A stretch of 64,000 nt of DNA from Callorhinchus milii. Lineage: Eukaryota. The stretch covers positions 96,474,001-96,538,000 of the forward strand of contig NW_024704743.1 of assembly GCF_018977255.1 (NCBI RefSeq), written 5' to 3'. Below, piece by piece: positions 51,846 to 64,000 of the stretch. A program made the position numbers and the translations under genes. Numbering within the stretch: position 1 is the first letter of the stretch; each line of letters starts with the position of its first letter. The notes under the pieces were generated by a model. It saw only the letters and a list, made by a program, of their open reading frames with translations. It made no database searches and was not told where the DNA came from.

Positions 51846-52139
51846 CACATGGCTTCAATCAAGGGGGAAACAAGTTGACTCTTGGAAACTTGCATTAATG
51901 GTCTTATCTATTGCTGGGACCAATACGGCTGGGTGGATCTAGAGACAATATGTTGAGACATAATATGTTGGAGAATTTGAAAGCAGTAGTCACCTCTTTC
52001 TTGCATTAAGATGAGAAGAGGAAGTGAGAAGGAAAACTGGGAGGAGAAAAATTGGCAAGAATGTATTTTCAATAAATTGAAATACATCTTGAAGATATTT
52101 CCAGCTGAGAAAACATTAAAACTTCTTCTCAGATATAAA

Positions 52140-52466
52140 GTGGAGTCCTGTAGCTCAGTGGTTAGAGCACTCGCTTTGCAAGCGAGAGACCTGAGTTCAA
52201 TTCCAGGCAGAGGGCGAAACCTTGGGCAAGTTTCCTTACTCCACACGCCTAATAATAATCCCTCCAAAAAACCCAAAACAATAATAAATTGGTCATTTTC
52301 AATCTACGACTGTTTGTGGGACATTGCTGTGCGCAATTGGCTGCCGCGTTCGCCCACAAATATACAGTCAATTCACTTTACAGTATATTCTGTGAAGCGC
52401 TTTGGGACGTCCTCCCGACGTGAAAAGCGCTATATCAAATGCAAGGATTATTATTATTATTATTAT
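52140..52466 (+). mobile_element. tRNA(Ala)-headed SINE with L2-type tail, short form, young copy
   Basis: A box TAGCTCAGTGG, B box GAGTTCAATTCC, anticodon stem CTCGC/GCGAG, CORE-like CCTTGGGCAAGT, Deu-like TGTGCGCAATTGGCTGCCGCGTT, L2 hairpin, (TTA)n tail. Confidence 0.92.
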
Positions 52467-52619
52467 AACACAAATGCAGAGAACTTATGTGGTTTCCTTA
52501 TGCAGTAAACTCCTGGCTTACCAGCCTCCAGGTATCTGGAATTCGTAGTGAGCCAGACTTTGCCTGAAACCAAAAATTAAAAAAAAACTTAGGTTGCATG
52601 TGTATCGACTCCTAACTCT

Positions 52620-53030
52620 CATAGAATTATAGAATCCAACAGAAGGAGGCATTCGGCACATTGTGCCTGTGCCAGCTCTTTGAAAGAGCTATCCAATTAG
52701 TTCCACTTAGTCGCTCTTTCCCCATAGCCTTGCAAATATTTTCTTTTCAAGTGTGTGTCCAATTCCCTTTTGAAAGTTACTATTGAATCTGCTTCCACCA
52801 CCCTTTCAGGCAATGCATTGCAGATCGTAACAACTCGCTGCGTATAAAATTTCTCCTTATTTCCCCTCTGGTTCTTTTGCCAATCATCTTGATTTTGTGT
52901 CCTCCGATTATTGACCTTCCCGCCAGTGGAAACAGTTTCTCCTTATTTACCCTATCAAAACCCCTCATAATTTTGAACAGCTCTATCTCAGTTCTAAGGA
53001 GAGCAATCTCAGCTTCTCTAGTCTCTACTG
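52620..53030 (-). mobile_element. CR1-type 3' fragment (related pieces at 14820-14945(-), 36245-36700(-), 39390-39530(+), 29635-29712(-))
   Basis: MRGFDRVNKEKLFPL...GHKIK; CR1 3'UTR motifs (GATAGCTCTTTC...GAGCTGGCACAG...GGCCGAA). Confidence 0.75.
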
Positions 53031-53582
53031 GCGCCCGCCAATGCTGTGTTGAGCAGCATCACCTCCTTGCTGTCCTTCATAGTGGCCAGGGATATCAACT
53101 TTGACTCAGATTGATTGAATCCTGAGAGCAAGATATAGCTTATTCACTATGTGTTATTATTCACTTCTTCCGCTCATGGGATTCAAACAATTACAATAGC
53201 AGCCTTGATTTGGTGGGCAAGTAGAACATGACAGCTACAAGAGTTGAACCATCCACCCATAGAAAATTACTTTCTCAGCTCAGTACAGGCTTAGCTTGAA
53301 ATTAGTAATTTTTTGGCAACAAAATAGTAGAACAGTACCTGTCAATCACATGCTTCATGATGTTGAATTGAGCTTATTGTTAAAATATACTGAATTGGTC
53401 AACCCTATCTTTTGATTAATGCTAAGCTATTGTAACATCAAACTGACTGACATAATCTTAAATGAGCCTCTGCTGTACTGTGCTGTTATGATTCTGAATT
53501 TAAATTAATATTCAACAGCACGAGGCAGATGGAAGCAAATGTAAGACAGAAACAAATATGAAACATAGCCTTTACATTTACC

Positions 53583-54312
53583 CATGAAGAGATTATGAAG
53601 GAAGTGAACCATATATCAAGACGGTATGCTGTAGCCTTTGTGCTAATTTCTGGTGGCATGGAAACAACGTGCTAGAAGTCAGCAGTAAAATGCCTTAGTT
53701 CAAACACTGGAAATGGACCAGAAAGATGAGATTCCCAGTGGCATGATTCTGCTAGAAACTCTGGATGCCTTTCCCCATCTCCCCTTTAAATAAACCCCTC
53801 CGTCTTCCCCTGCAGGATGTCTAGAAGATTAGAAGAATTGGAATGGTGCCTGTGGGTAGAGTTGATACTAGGACCCTGAAGGCTGGTATGATGGTGACTT
53901 GTGCCCCCGCTAATCTCTCGGCTGAAGTGAAATCAGTTGAGATGCACCACGACACTGCGGTGAAAGCTTTGCCTGGCGACAACATAGAATTCATCGTCAG
54001 GAATGTTTCAGTGGAAGACATTCATTGCGGCTATGTGGCTGGGACACCAAGAATGACCTTCCCAGGAGGTTGATAACTTCACAGCCCAGTTGATAATTCT
54101 GAACCATCGTGGGCAGATCAATGCTGGCTACTTGCCAGTGCTGACCTGCCACACTGCACATATTGTATGCCAACTCTCTGAATTCAAGCAGAAAATTGAT
54201 TGTCGGCTTAGTAAACAGCTGGAAGAAAATCCCAAAAGCCTGAAATCTGGAGACGCTGGCATGGTTGTAATGATCCATGGAAAGCCCATGGGTGTGGAGA
54301 CTTCTACTGCAA
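53583..54312 (+). pseudogene. EEF1A1: Processed EEF1A (elongation factor 1-alpha) pseudogene fragment
   Basis: EEIMKEV...ISG/WHGNNVLE...MP*FK...KPLRLPLQDV*KI...VPVGRVDT...EVKSVEMHH...[17 protein letters not shown]...CHTAHIVC...LKSGDAG...GKPMGVE; stops and frameshifts; continuous across known EEF1A intron positions; which paralogue it came from is uncertain. Confidence 0.92.
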
Positions 54313-54339
54313 TAATTATAATAATGATAATAATAAATA

Positions 54340-54735
54340 ATAATATGATATAGTGCCTTTTCATGTTTTTGAGACTTCACAAAGCGCTTCACAGGATATA
54401 CTGTAAAGTGAATTGATTGTGTATTTTGCAGGCAAAATGTGCCAGCTGGTTTTGGACAGCAATGGAGTGAGTGACTGATTTTATTTGCAGGATTGTTGGC
54501 AGGACCCCAAGGAGAAGCACCCTTCTCTTTTCAATTTGTGCCATGGAATCTTTAACATCCACCTGAACAGACGGATGAGACCCGGGATTAATGTCTCATC
54601 TGAAGGAAGGCATCTCCAATAATGCAGCGCACACACTGGAGTATCATCTTAGACTATGTGATTCCCAGTTCGATGTGGGGCTTGAACCCATAACCTTCTG
54701 ACTCAGGCGAGAATGCTACCACTGCCAAACTGACA
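54340..54735 (-). mobile_element. Older Deu-domain tRNA-SINE (other copies at ~13120-13420, 16600-16800, 38990-39260, 40420-40795, 43040-43430(-), 57180-57780, 60900-61320(-))
   Basis: Deu-domain motif GTTCAGGTGGATGTTAAAGATYCCATGGCAC...GAAAAGAGAAGGG...TCCTG(G)CCAACA. Confidence 0.75.
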
Positions 54736-54851
54736 TACCCTCTGTTTGACCGTTTTAAGGTCCGTGACATGAGGTAGAAAAGTGTAAAAGGCACTATACA
54801 AATGTAATTTGTTGTTTGTTGTAGCCGATGGCAGCCAGGGTGATTAAGGTT

Positions 54852-56042
54852 AACAACAAACAACAATAACAACAAGATTATATTTGTACAGCGCCTTTCA
54901 CGTCGGGAGGACGTCCTAAGGCACTGGACAGAGTACAGCATTTTAGACCCGGGCTGGTGCCGGGTGGGGGGGAGAAGGGAGGAGAGGGCAAGTGGGGTGG
55001 CAGATGACATGGTCGAAGAGGAGGGTCTTGAGGTGGGACTTGAAGGAGGCTAAGGAGGGGGCGAGGCAGAGTGACTGGGGGATAGAATTCCAGAGGTTGG
55101 GGGGCAGAGTGACTGAAGGCTCTCCCGCCAATGGTCAGGGGACGTGAAGCAGGCCAGAGCCAGCTGACTGGAGGGAACGGGCGGGTTGGTAGGGGTTTAG
55201 GAGGTCGCAGAGGTAGAGTGGGGCGAGGCCATGGAGGGTTTTGTACGTGAGGACCAAGAACTTGAGCCAATGGAGTCGGGCAAGAGTGGGGGAGATGGGG
55301 TCATGGAGTTTGGTGCGGGGAGGACATGGGCTGCAGAGTTCTGGATTATCTGCAGCCTGTGGAGGGAGGAGTTGGGAAGGCCGACAAGCAGGGCATTTGC
55401 ATAGTCGAGCCTGGAGGTAATGAAGGCATGAACAAGAGTTTTAGCGGCCTGAGGGGTGAGGTAGTGGCGGAGTCGGGGGATGTTACAGAGGTGAGGGAAG
55501 GCAGAGCGGGTCATGGCTTGGATGTGGGGAAGAAGAGACAGCTGAGGGTCGAACAAGACACCGAGGTGAGGCTTGGTGAGTTGTAGTGTGCAACTATGGA
55601 GGTTGATGCTGCCAGAGCCTGAGATGCAGAGTCGCTGGTGCGAGCCAATCAGGAGGGCCTCAGTCTTGTTCACATTCAACTGTAGGAATTTGCCCTCATC
55701 CAGGACTTGATGTCCGACAGGCAGTCTGTCAGGACAGCAGTGGTCCTGGAGGTGAGGGAGGAGGCAGAAAGAGAGAGTTGGGTGTCATCCGCATATATAT
55801 GGAAGTTGACCCCATGTCTGTGGATGATGACACCAAGGGGGAGCATGTGGATATTACAGAGGAGAGGGCCAAGGACAGAGCCCTGGGGGACGCCAGGTGT
55901 GACAGTGCGGGCGCTGGAGGAGGAACCGTTAGAGGCAACAAAGTGGAGACGGTAGGAGAGATAGGAATTGAACCATGCAAGGGCAGATCCATGAAGATTG
56001 AGTAAAGCGGAGAGGCAGAGTATGAGGATGGAATAGTCGACA
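54852..56042 (-). mobile_element. L2 LINE 3' half with (TTG)n-type tail
   Basis: [28 protein letters not shown]; 3' hairpin GGGACGTCCTCCCGACGTGAAAGGCGC-type; tail near 54852-54875. Confidence 0.92.
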
Positions 56043-57837
56043 AAGGGTAAAAATGCTTTAATTGCAAGTAATATTTACCAAGATTGCCACGCTATAAATT
56101 TGTATTTTAATGTGAGGCAGCCCCGATAGAATAAATACCATTCATAACCAGGTAAACCTATTATTCAATTGTGACACTGGCCACAACGCCTGCATCTAGG
56201 ATTCTTTAGTTAGAACCTGGAAGGTGCCATGAGAAGAAACGGTAGCTTTGATGTTTACTAATTTATCATTAGCAGCTAATTTACTAAAAATTCCTAAGAA
56301 GTCATCTCCACGTGCTATCTTTTTATGTGCAGTCAGAAGACAATGGATCAACTGCGATGCCGAAAGAGCACTTCATAAACCAATCAATAAGCTTCGGATC
56401 TTCTTTCTGTTGTGGACAACATAGATTTTGAATGACAGTGAATAGTCTGGCAATTCTTTGAAGGAACAAAAATGACTTGTTAATAAGATATTCATCTCTA
56501 CAGTCTGTCACCTTAAGAGAAACATCAGGGTTTTAATGACACTAACACTCTACCCTCTGCTTCTCACACAGAAGCAGAGCAAGCCTTCTGCCAGCACACT
56601 TTCTTCAAAGATTTCAAACACTAATATCCTTATCTGTAATATATTTTTTCCTCTCTCTTGGATTAGTTTAGTTAAGTGGGTAGTACTCTCTGAGTCAGAG
56701 TTAATACCTTCAATACTAATAATAATCCTTGCATTTGATATAGCGCCATATCATGTCGTCGAGACATCTCAAAGCACTTCACAGAATATAGTGTAAAGTG
56801 GATTGACTATTTGTGGGCGAAATACGACAGCCAATTGTGCACAGTAGTGTCCCACAAACAGTTGTGGATTGAGTGACTACATTATTGTTATTTAAGTGCT
56901 TATTATTATGCCTTTAGAGCAAATCACAACCCAAACCTCAAAACCTCTTACACTTTAAGACACCACAGGAGATATAATAGCTTTCATTTGGTGAATATAA
57001 AAATCAACAGTGTAAGTCCGGGAAAACATTAATTTCTGTTATTGTATTTAAGTAGAGGACAAGAGAGAGAGAGAGAAAGGGAGAGAGAAAGGGAGAGAGA
57101 GACAGAAAAAGAGACAATTATAATGTAATTTTTGCATTTGATACAGCGCCTGTATGCGTGTGTGCGTGTGTGTGTCAACGCTTCAGAAGACTGAGGGTTC
57201 AAACCCCACATTGGCACGATGAGTTCATAATTTAGGCTGACAGTCCAGTACTGGACTGAACTCCATCTCCCAGTGCCTTCGCCTTGTTTCCTGCCTTTCC
57301 TCCTTCAAGGCCGGTCTCAAGACCTTTCTCTTTGACCGTGCCTTCAGCTCCACTCTCGACTCTCTACCTCCTCCTCGCTCTCTCCCTTCCCTCCCTTCAC
57401 CCTGACCATTTCCCCCCTGCTCGGGTCCTGACCCAACTTTTCCAGCGCCTTGGGACGTCCTCCTGACGTGAAAGGCGCTCTATAAATGGAATCGTGTTGT
57501 TGTTGTTGTACTGTGTTGGGAAAGCACTGCATTGTTGGAGGTGTCGTGGTACAGATAAAAAGTTAAAGTTAGGTCCGGTCTGCCAGTTCAGGTGGATGTT
57601 AAAGATTTCATAGGACAAATTGGAAAAAGAGGGAGTGGAGTTTCTCCTAGTGACCTGGCCAACAATGCCTCAAATAAAACATTGGTGATTTGTCATTCAG
57701 TTCATGGCTGTTTGTGGGACATTCCTGTGTGCAAATCAACTGCTGCGCTCGCCTACAAAATACAGTCACCGACTGTGTGAAATGTAATACCTCAGATGTT
57801 GAATGAGATGCAGTCGATTTCCAAAATTTCTGCTTTT

Positions 57838-58151
57838 ATAATAATAATAATAATCCTTGCATTTGATATAGCGCTTTTCACGTAGGGAGGACGTCCCAAA
57901 GTGCTTCACAGAATATACTGTAAAGTGAATTGACTATATTTGTGAGCGAACGCGGCAGCCAATTGCGCACAGCAATGTCCCACAAACAGTCATAGATTGA
58001 AAATGACCAATTTATTATTTTTTTTTTGGTGTGATTATTATTAGGCGTGTGGAGTAAGGAAACTTGCCCAAGGTTTTGCCCTGCCTGGAATTGAACTCAG
58101 GTCTCTCACTTGCAAAGCGAGTGCTCTAACCACTGAGCTACAGGACTCCAC
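57838..58151 (-). mobile_element. tRNA(Ala)-headed SINE, short form
   Basis: Reverse complement of the 52140 family. Confidence 0.9.
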
Positions 58152-58164
58152 AGAGCTGGCACTG

Positions 58165-59100
58165 TGTGCTTGGGGGTAGAGAAAGGGCTTAAATGTTGTG
58201 TGGGGGCAGGGAGAGAATTCTGTGGGCAGCATGAAACCCAGATTGGAGGGGTTCATGGAGGGAATGCTGGAAGAGGAAAGAGCAAAGCTGGGAAGTGACG
58301 ACTTGGAAGGTTTGAAATGGGGTAGTAGTTGGAGAGCAGAGATGGGTCAAGGGAAGCTTTTTTGAGGGTAGTGGTGATGATGGCTGTCGGAGACAGGGAC
58401 AAAAGTGTGGAAGGACGGATGGAGGTGCTGACAGAGGAATGGGGGGGCAGTTAGAGGGGCTAGAGGCAGCGGATCCCCTCACCTTCAACTCAAGGAAATC
58501 CATCATCTCCTTGCATTTGGTGTTGGAGGAGAGGATGGCAGAGGCATGGGAGGGTAGATGGAGGAGTTGGTTTATGGTAGAAAAGACGAGTTTGGGGTTG
58601 TCCTTAGCTCCCAAGATAATTTGGGAATAAAAGGATGATGTAGCTGAGGTGAGGGAAGGGTGGTAGGTCTTTGTGCAGTCCTGTCAGATCTGATGGTGAA
58701 CCATTAATTTGGATTTGCACCAGGTACAGTTGGCAGAGTGCACCTTAGATTTGAGGTGGCTGGTGTACCACAGGGACTTGTGCGAGTAGGAGGCAGTGCA
58801 GGAGATGATGGGGGAGGAGAGCCAAAGGGGTAGGTGTTCAGATGCCTCCAGGGCAGCAGAGAGGGCATGGAGTGGATTTTTCTCCAGGGGTGATAGGAGA
58901 TGCACGTGGGGTGGGTGGCAGAGAGGGGGATGGAGGAGTTAAGGGAAATTAAATAGTGATCTGAAATGTCTTTGTCAGTGATGGTGACATCAGAGATGGT
59001 AAGGCCCCGGGTGATCATCAGGTCTAGCGGGTGGCCATGGATGTGAGCGGCGGAGTTAATGTGGAGGGAGAGGTTGTGAGAGGAGGGAGGAGAAATCAGC
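58165..59100 (-). mobile_element. L2 LINE endonuclease/linker fragment
   Basis: GHPLDLMITRGLTISDVTITDKDISDHYLI; DNPKLVFSTINQLL; homologous to 32400-33520. Confidence 0.82.
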
Positions 59101-59224
59101 AGATGTCAGTGGAATTCCCAATCTAGATATGAACTTTGAATCATATTCCTCCCACAAGCTGAAGACTATATGATGGTAAGCCTTGTAACTGCAAGTTACA
59201 AATATTTAATGATGCATAGTTACA

Positions 59225-59827
59225 CTGCAGGCCACTGCGACTCTCCTACACACATTCAAAACATCCAGATTTGACTATGCAAACTCTCTGCTTGTCAGCC
59301 TCCCCAACTCCTCTCTCCACAGCTGCAGATCATCCAGAGGTCTGTAACCCATGTCCACTCCCCCAACAGGCTCCGTGTCCCTATCACCCCCTTTCTCGCC
59401 TGACTCCACTGGCTTCCCATCACACAGAGAATACAGTTCGAGATCCTGGTCCTCATCTTCAAAGCCCTCCATGGCCTTGCTCCCCCCTACCTCTGCGACC
59501 TCCTAACTCCTACCAACCTGACTGCTCCCTCTGCTCAACAGTCTCCGGCCTGCTTCACGTCCCCCGCCTAGCCTGCCCATGATTGGCGGCCGGACCTTCA
59601 GCCATCTGCCCCATCCTCTGGAACTCCATCCTGCAATACCTCTACCTTGCCCCCTCCCTTGTTTTCTTCAAGAGCCATCTCAAGACCCCCCTCTTCGACC
59701 GTGCCTTCGATCATCCTGCCCTCCCCGATCCTGTTCCCCGGCTTGGGTCCGAAACACTGATTGTCCAGCATCTTAGGACATCCTCCTGTCATGAAAGGCG
59801 CTATACAAATGTAATTTTTGTTGTTGT
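59225..59827 (+). mobile_element. L2 LINE 3' fragment
   Basis: SRFDYANSLL..LHWLP..LWNS..FKSHLKT and L2 tail. Confidence 0.85.
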
Positions 59828-62800
59828 ATAATTCAGTGCAAGAAGCATCCACAAGCACCATTTTAATGGCCGAAAACTTGCCTATTTAAAAGGTTGTTTT
59901 GATCGGGATTCTGAAACTCAGTTCAATGTAGGAAAGAAATCTATTTCAAAGAAATGAATGAATATAAGAAGTGGTTTTCAAGTGTGAGGACTGGCAGATA
60001 AGATAAGATTGTGCACTGTATTAAAAACCAGCCTTCAGAATCAGAGTGAATGATACAGGTTTGATTCTCTCATGGCTTTCAATTATAGCCATTTTGTGGA
60101 GAAATGGCACCCAGCAGGAAATGAGCTTTTCTCCCTGAAAGGAGAGGAATAAGCTCAGCCTTAGGAAATCTTGGGTGCTTCCTTGTTGCTGTTTCAAGAG
60201 CCCTGCTGGCACGGCCTTGGAAACAACTTTATCCATTTGCTGTCTTGATCACATGTGGTTCCCAGAAGGAGAAGACTATTGGAGAAAGTAAGAGTTTCTA
60301 CCCTCACAATAAAGCATTAAAATGTATTACAAAACTTAATCTATAACTTGGAAAATGTAGTAAATCAAAACTCACAATAGTTACAGTGTCATATCTCATT
60401 CAATTCTTATGCGATAAAAAATGTATCCCAACTTATCCTCTTTTAGTCCTTTATCCTTTAAGGACTTACTTCACGCCTGACTAACAAACTGAACTATTGT
60501 CTGAAATTTAAAGTAATCAGTGAGTGAACTACTTATTGAATGAAATTGACTCCAAAGTCCTAAAGGATTGATTCACTGTTTACAATCTTGGATCGAAACT
60601 TATTCTAGCAATCATAATGAACACTCCATTATCTATTGTTATTAAAATGATTTCACCCTTACCAATAATTTCATGGATACTATAATGACCTTTTTGTGGT
60701 GATTCTGGTACAAATACCAAAATGAAATTGTTCTCTCACGGATGTTTTCAATGTAAATCTGAGATGAATCACCTTTTGGTACCTGGACATGTGTCAGAAC
60801 GACCTATGTGAATTGAGTTCTGTTCCAGAGAAGAGGACCTGTGGATGGATGAGAGTTCTAATGGAATTTCTTATTAATATTAATAATAATAATAATATTC
60901 CTTGCAATTCAAATAGCACATTATTACATCATTAAAATGTCCCCAAGTGCTTCACAAGTTTCATTGTAGAGTGTAGAGATCCCATATTTTGTAGGCTTAT
61001 GCAACAGCCAATTTGTGCACAGCAACATTCCACAAATACCCATGAATTAAATGACCAATTTAGGCCAGAGGATTGTTGGTCAGGGAACCAGGAGAATCTC
61101 CATTCTCTTTTTGAATAGTGCCATGGGATCTTTAACATCCACTTGAACAGGAATATGGGACCTTGGTTTAACATCTCATCTGAAGTACAGCAAGGCAGCA
61201 CTCCCCTGGGATTGTTTTGGACTTTCAACATAGACTATGAACTCAAATTCCTGAGGTGGGGCTTGAATCCACAACCTTTGAATTCAAAGGCAAGGATGCT
61301 ACCATCTGAGCCATTGTTAAGAGCCAATTGTTAAGGAACAGTGCAAAGTAGACTCATAAGTCTTTGAACATTGGTGTAGTTCCAGTGAGACATGATTAAA
61401 TCCCAAACAAGAAATCCTAAGAATGACTTCCAGCCTTGACTCCCATGTGAATGTGGGCAGGGAATTTTACACCAGTTGAAAGTGTAGAGCTTCAGAAGCA
61501 GCTGTTTATCTCTCTACATATCAATCAAGGTGGATACCAAGCCTGATTATATTTGCAAGTATTCACAAACCAGAAAAATACCTTCAATCAATTATCATTC
61601 AAACCTCAGAGTCTCTTCATCGCCTATTCAATGGACATTTGCCTTCAGTGTAGTAGTGGAAGGATCTATACAGGGCAGCTGGTTACATGCCAGCCACCTT
61701 CATATTCTAGAGGTCCAAGTCCAATACATCATCTTACTACAAGCATGTCATAGTTATATCAGTGTGGAGGTGTTCTGGGACGCTACTCTGCGTGAAGGTC
61801 GCTATATAAATGCAAACTGTTGTTGTTGTCATCCTTCAACTTCTGTGTAGTGTATAGTCTAAGGGTTTCAGCAAGTGATGTTTTGCGTACAGTTCAGTTT
61901 CCCATTGTATATTGGAAAGCAAATAAATTTCAGCAATTATACTAATATTTCTTTCCTGATTAAAGAGCATATTGTACCTTTCAAAGGAAAAAAAGGAAAA
62001 ATATTTTTATTCTACAATCCAAAAGACAAAATGTTGCTATTTTCCATGTGAGTATATATTATATTGTATACATTTGGTTCTGGAACTCCCTTCCTCACTC
62101 CTTTGACCTCGCTCCCTCTCTTCCTACTTTCAGATCTCGGCAAAAGACCTTTCTTTTCGACCGCGCCTTTGCTCACTTTCTTCCCCCTCCCCCTGGCTTG
62201 GCCCTGGGATCCGTTATTGTGAAGCGCTCTGAGACTCTGGAGGGCGCTATATAAATCCAAGTTGTTGTTGTATTTGTGCTTCCATTCCCAGGAAAGAAAG
62301 TCTGGTAATTTTGGAGATTAATTTTGATTTTTGTTCTGTATTTTCATGTGATTGAAGTGATACAGGCACAATGCATGAAATAAACTTGAGGAACAAATTC
62401 TTCATACCCTTCTTGTCAATTGATTTTTATGTCCAGTGTATCTCTTTCTGAGTTGAGATCTAGCAAAGAGTGGCAGTGGAGCACAGCTGTTTGATTGTAC
62501 TGTCATACTCATGTCACATATTCAGGCGTACTCACTAAATTCTTTTCAGAAACATAGTCATCCTCCAGTAGCCGTTTTGAGTCATAATGTAAAAAAATCC
62601 TGATCACCATGACGTGTTTCTGAATCAATGCACAACAGTGTTTGTCTTTGATGTACTCCATAATGTATCAATGAAACATCTGAGACTCATTCAGAATCAC
62701 TGTTTTCTTTCAGTTGTTTGGAAAGGATCTTGCAAAGCCTGAAATAAGAATCGGCTATCTCAAACTAGCAGAAGTGAAAATTTCTAGAAGTAATTTGCAG

Positions 62801-64000
62801 GGATTTGTTATAGCATGCTATCATTTGAGATTTTTTAGGATTCCTTATTAGGAAATACAATTAAGAAACAGCACATATTAGAACCCGTTATTTTTATTTG
62901 ATTTCTCCAGCAGCAAAGTGTGAATTGCCTCTGCATGTGGTGCTTAGTTTTCCAGATCCAGGGAAATCTCCATGTGTAGGTGGCGTACTTATGTAGAACT
63001 CTCAGTCTGATTTGGATGCTCTTAATAATAAAAACAATACATTACAAAAGAAATTTACATTTATAGAGCACCTTTCATGTTGGGAGGCTGCCTCACAGCG
63101 TATTAAGCATGGTGATGGGTTTCTGCGTGTTTTGAACACCCCAGCTGACTAAAAAAAAGGCAAGATTGCACTGTAAGGTGCAGTGCATCGTTGTAAAATC
63201 TGCAGGTGAAGGCATCTTCACAGAATAGCCACCAGTTCAGCTTACGAACAAAAGGTGAAAAATATTCTTTATCTCAGCTACGGGCCAAGGAAGATTTTCA
63301 TCAGTTACAAGCGCTGCTCAACTACAGGAAATCAGTCTATTGTTCAGTCTTCAGAAGAAACAAAGAGTCCAATAGAAATCAATTACTAGAACAATCTTTT
63401 TTTAAACAAATGACTGCAGATTTGAAATCTATTTTGGAGCTGCTGTTGTAGTTGATTTCTGCGGTACATGGTGTTGTAATTGTTTACACCATTTTAAACC
63501 GCCCCTTTCCTTACCCCTTTCGATGTCCGTTTCCAAACCTTCCACTTTGCCTGCACCTTCGGTCATCCCATCCTCTCCAAGCTGAGAGTGAGAGGAGGGA
63601 GAATCAGGGATGGGAGCCAAGCCAGTAATGTCAAACACGTTGGGATGTCTTCCTGATGTGAAAGGCGCTATATTATATCACATTGCATAAATCATATCTG
63701 GTGATACATTTTGAATATCAGTAAAACATATATCACTAAAACATATTTATTTGCTGGTCAATCACATTGCCATTTATGAAAAGTCTTACTGGCTTGTAGG
63801 GAGTATGTATACTTTCAATAAAACACAAGTTTATTGTTTGACCATTTCCCCCCTGCTCGGGTCATGACCCAACTGTGCAGCGCCTTGGGACGTCCTCCTG
63901 ACGTGAAAGGCGCTTTATGAATGGAATCTTGTTGTTGTTGTTGTTGTTGCCTGGGTTATGGGTAGACAGTATACACAACGTAGGAGATGAGAGACACCTG

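Noticed and set aside
52140..52215. tRNA-Ala/Val genes at the SINE heads
   Set aside because: Each continues into a SINE body; acceptor stem is imperfect and no T-run terminator follows the tRNA-like part

Overview
Eukaryotic (vertebrate) genomic DNA. The repeat content (tRNA-Ala-headed SINEs with L2 tails, Deu-domain SINEs, abundant L2 and CR1 LINEs) suggests a cartilaginous fish, most likely a holocephalan such as Callorhinchus; this is inference, not a database result. Two genes sit head-to-head on a CpG island with their ATGs 346 bp apart. NAGPA is on the minus strand (coding exons 1-2 found; the rest probably lies left of the window). A complete 9-exon NDUFAF6 is on the plus strand (12194-25725, 921 nt, 306 aa) and has a GC-AG second intron. 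To the right is gene-poor DNA holding a disabled RNF26 RING fragment and an intronless, disabled EEF1A copy. Most of the supplied ORF track is LINE, SINE or low-complexity noise. I found no prokaryote-style novel system. The best leads are the NAGPA/NDUFAF6 bidirectional promoter with a CLEAR-like E-box, a TSD-bounded CR1 whose middle is replaced by an L2 fragment, and SINE subfamilies whose 3' hairpin loop switches to match the young L2 family.
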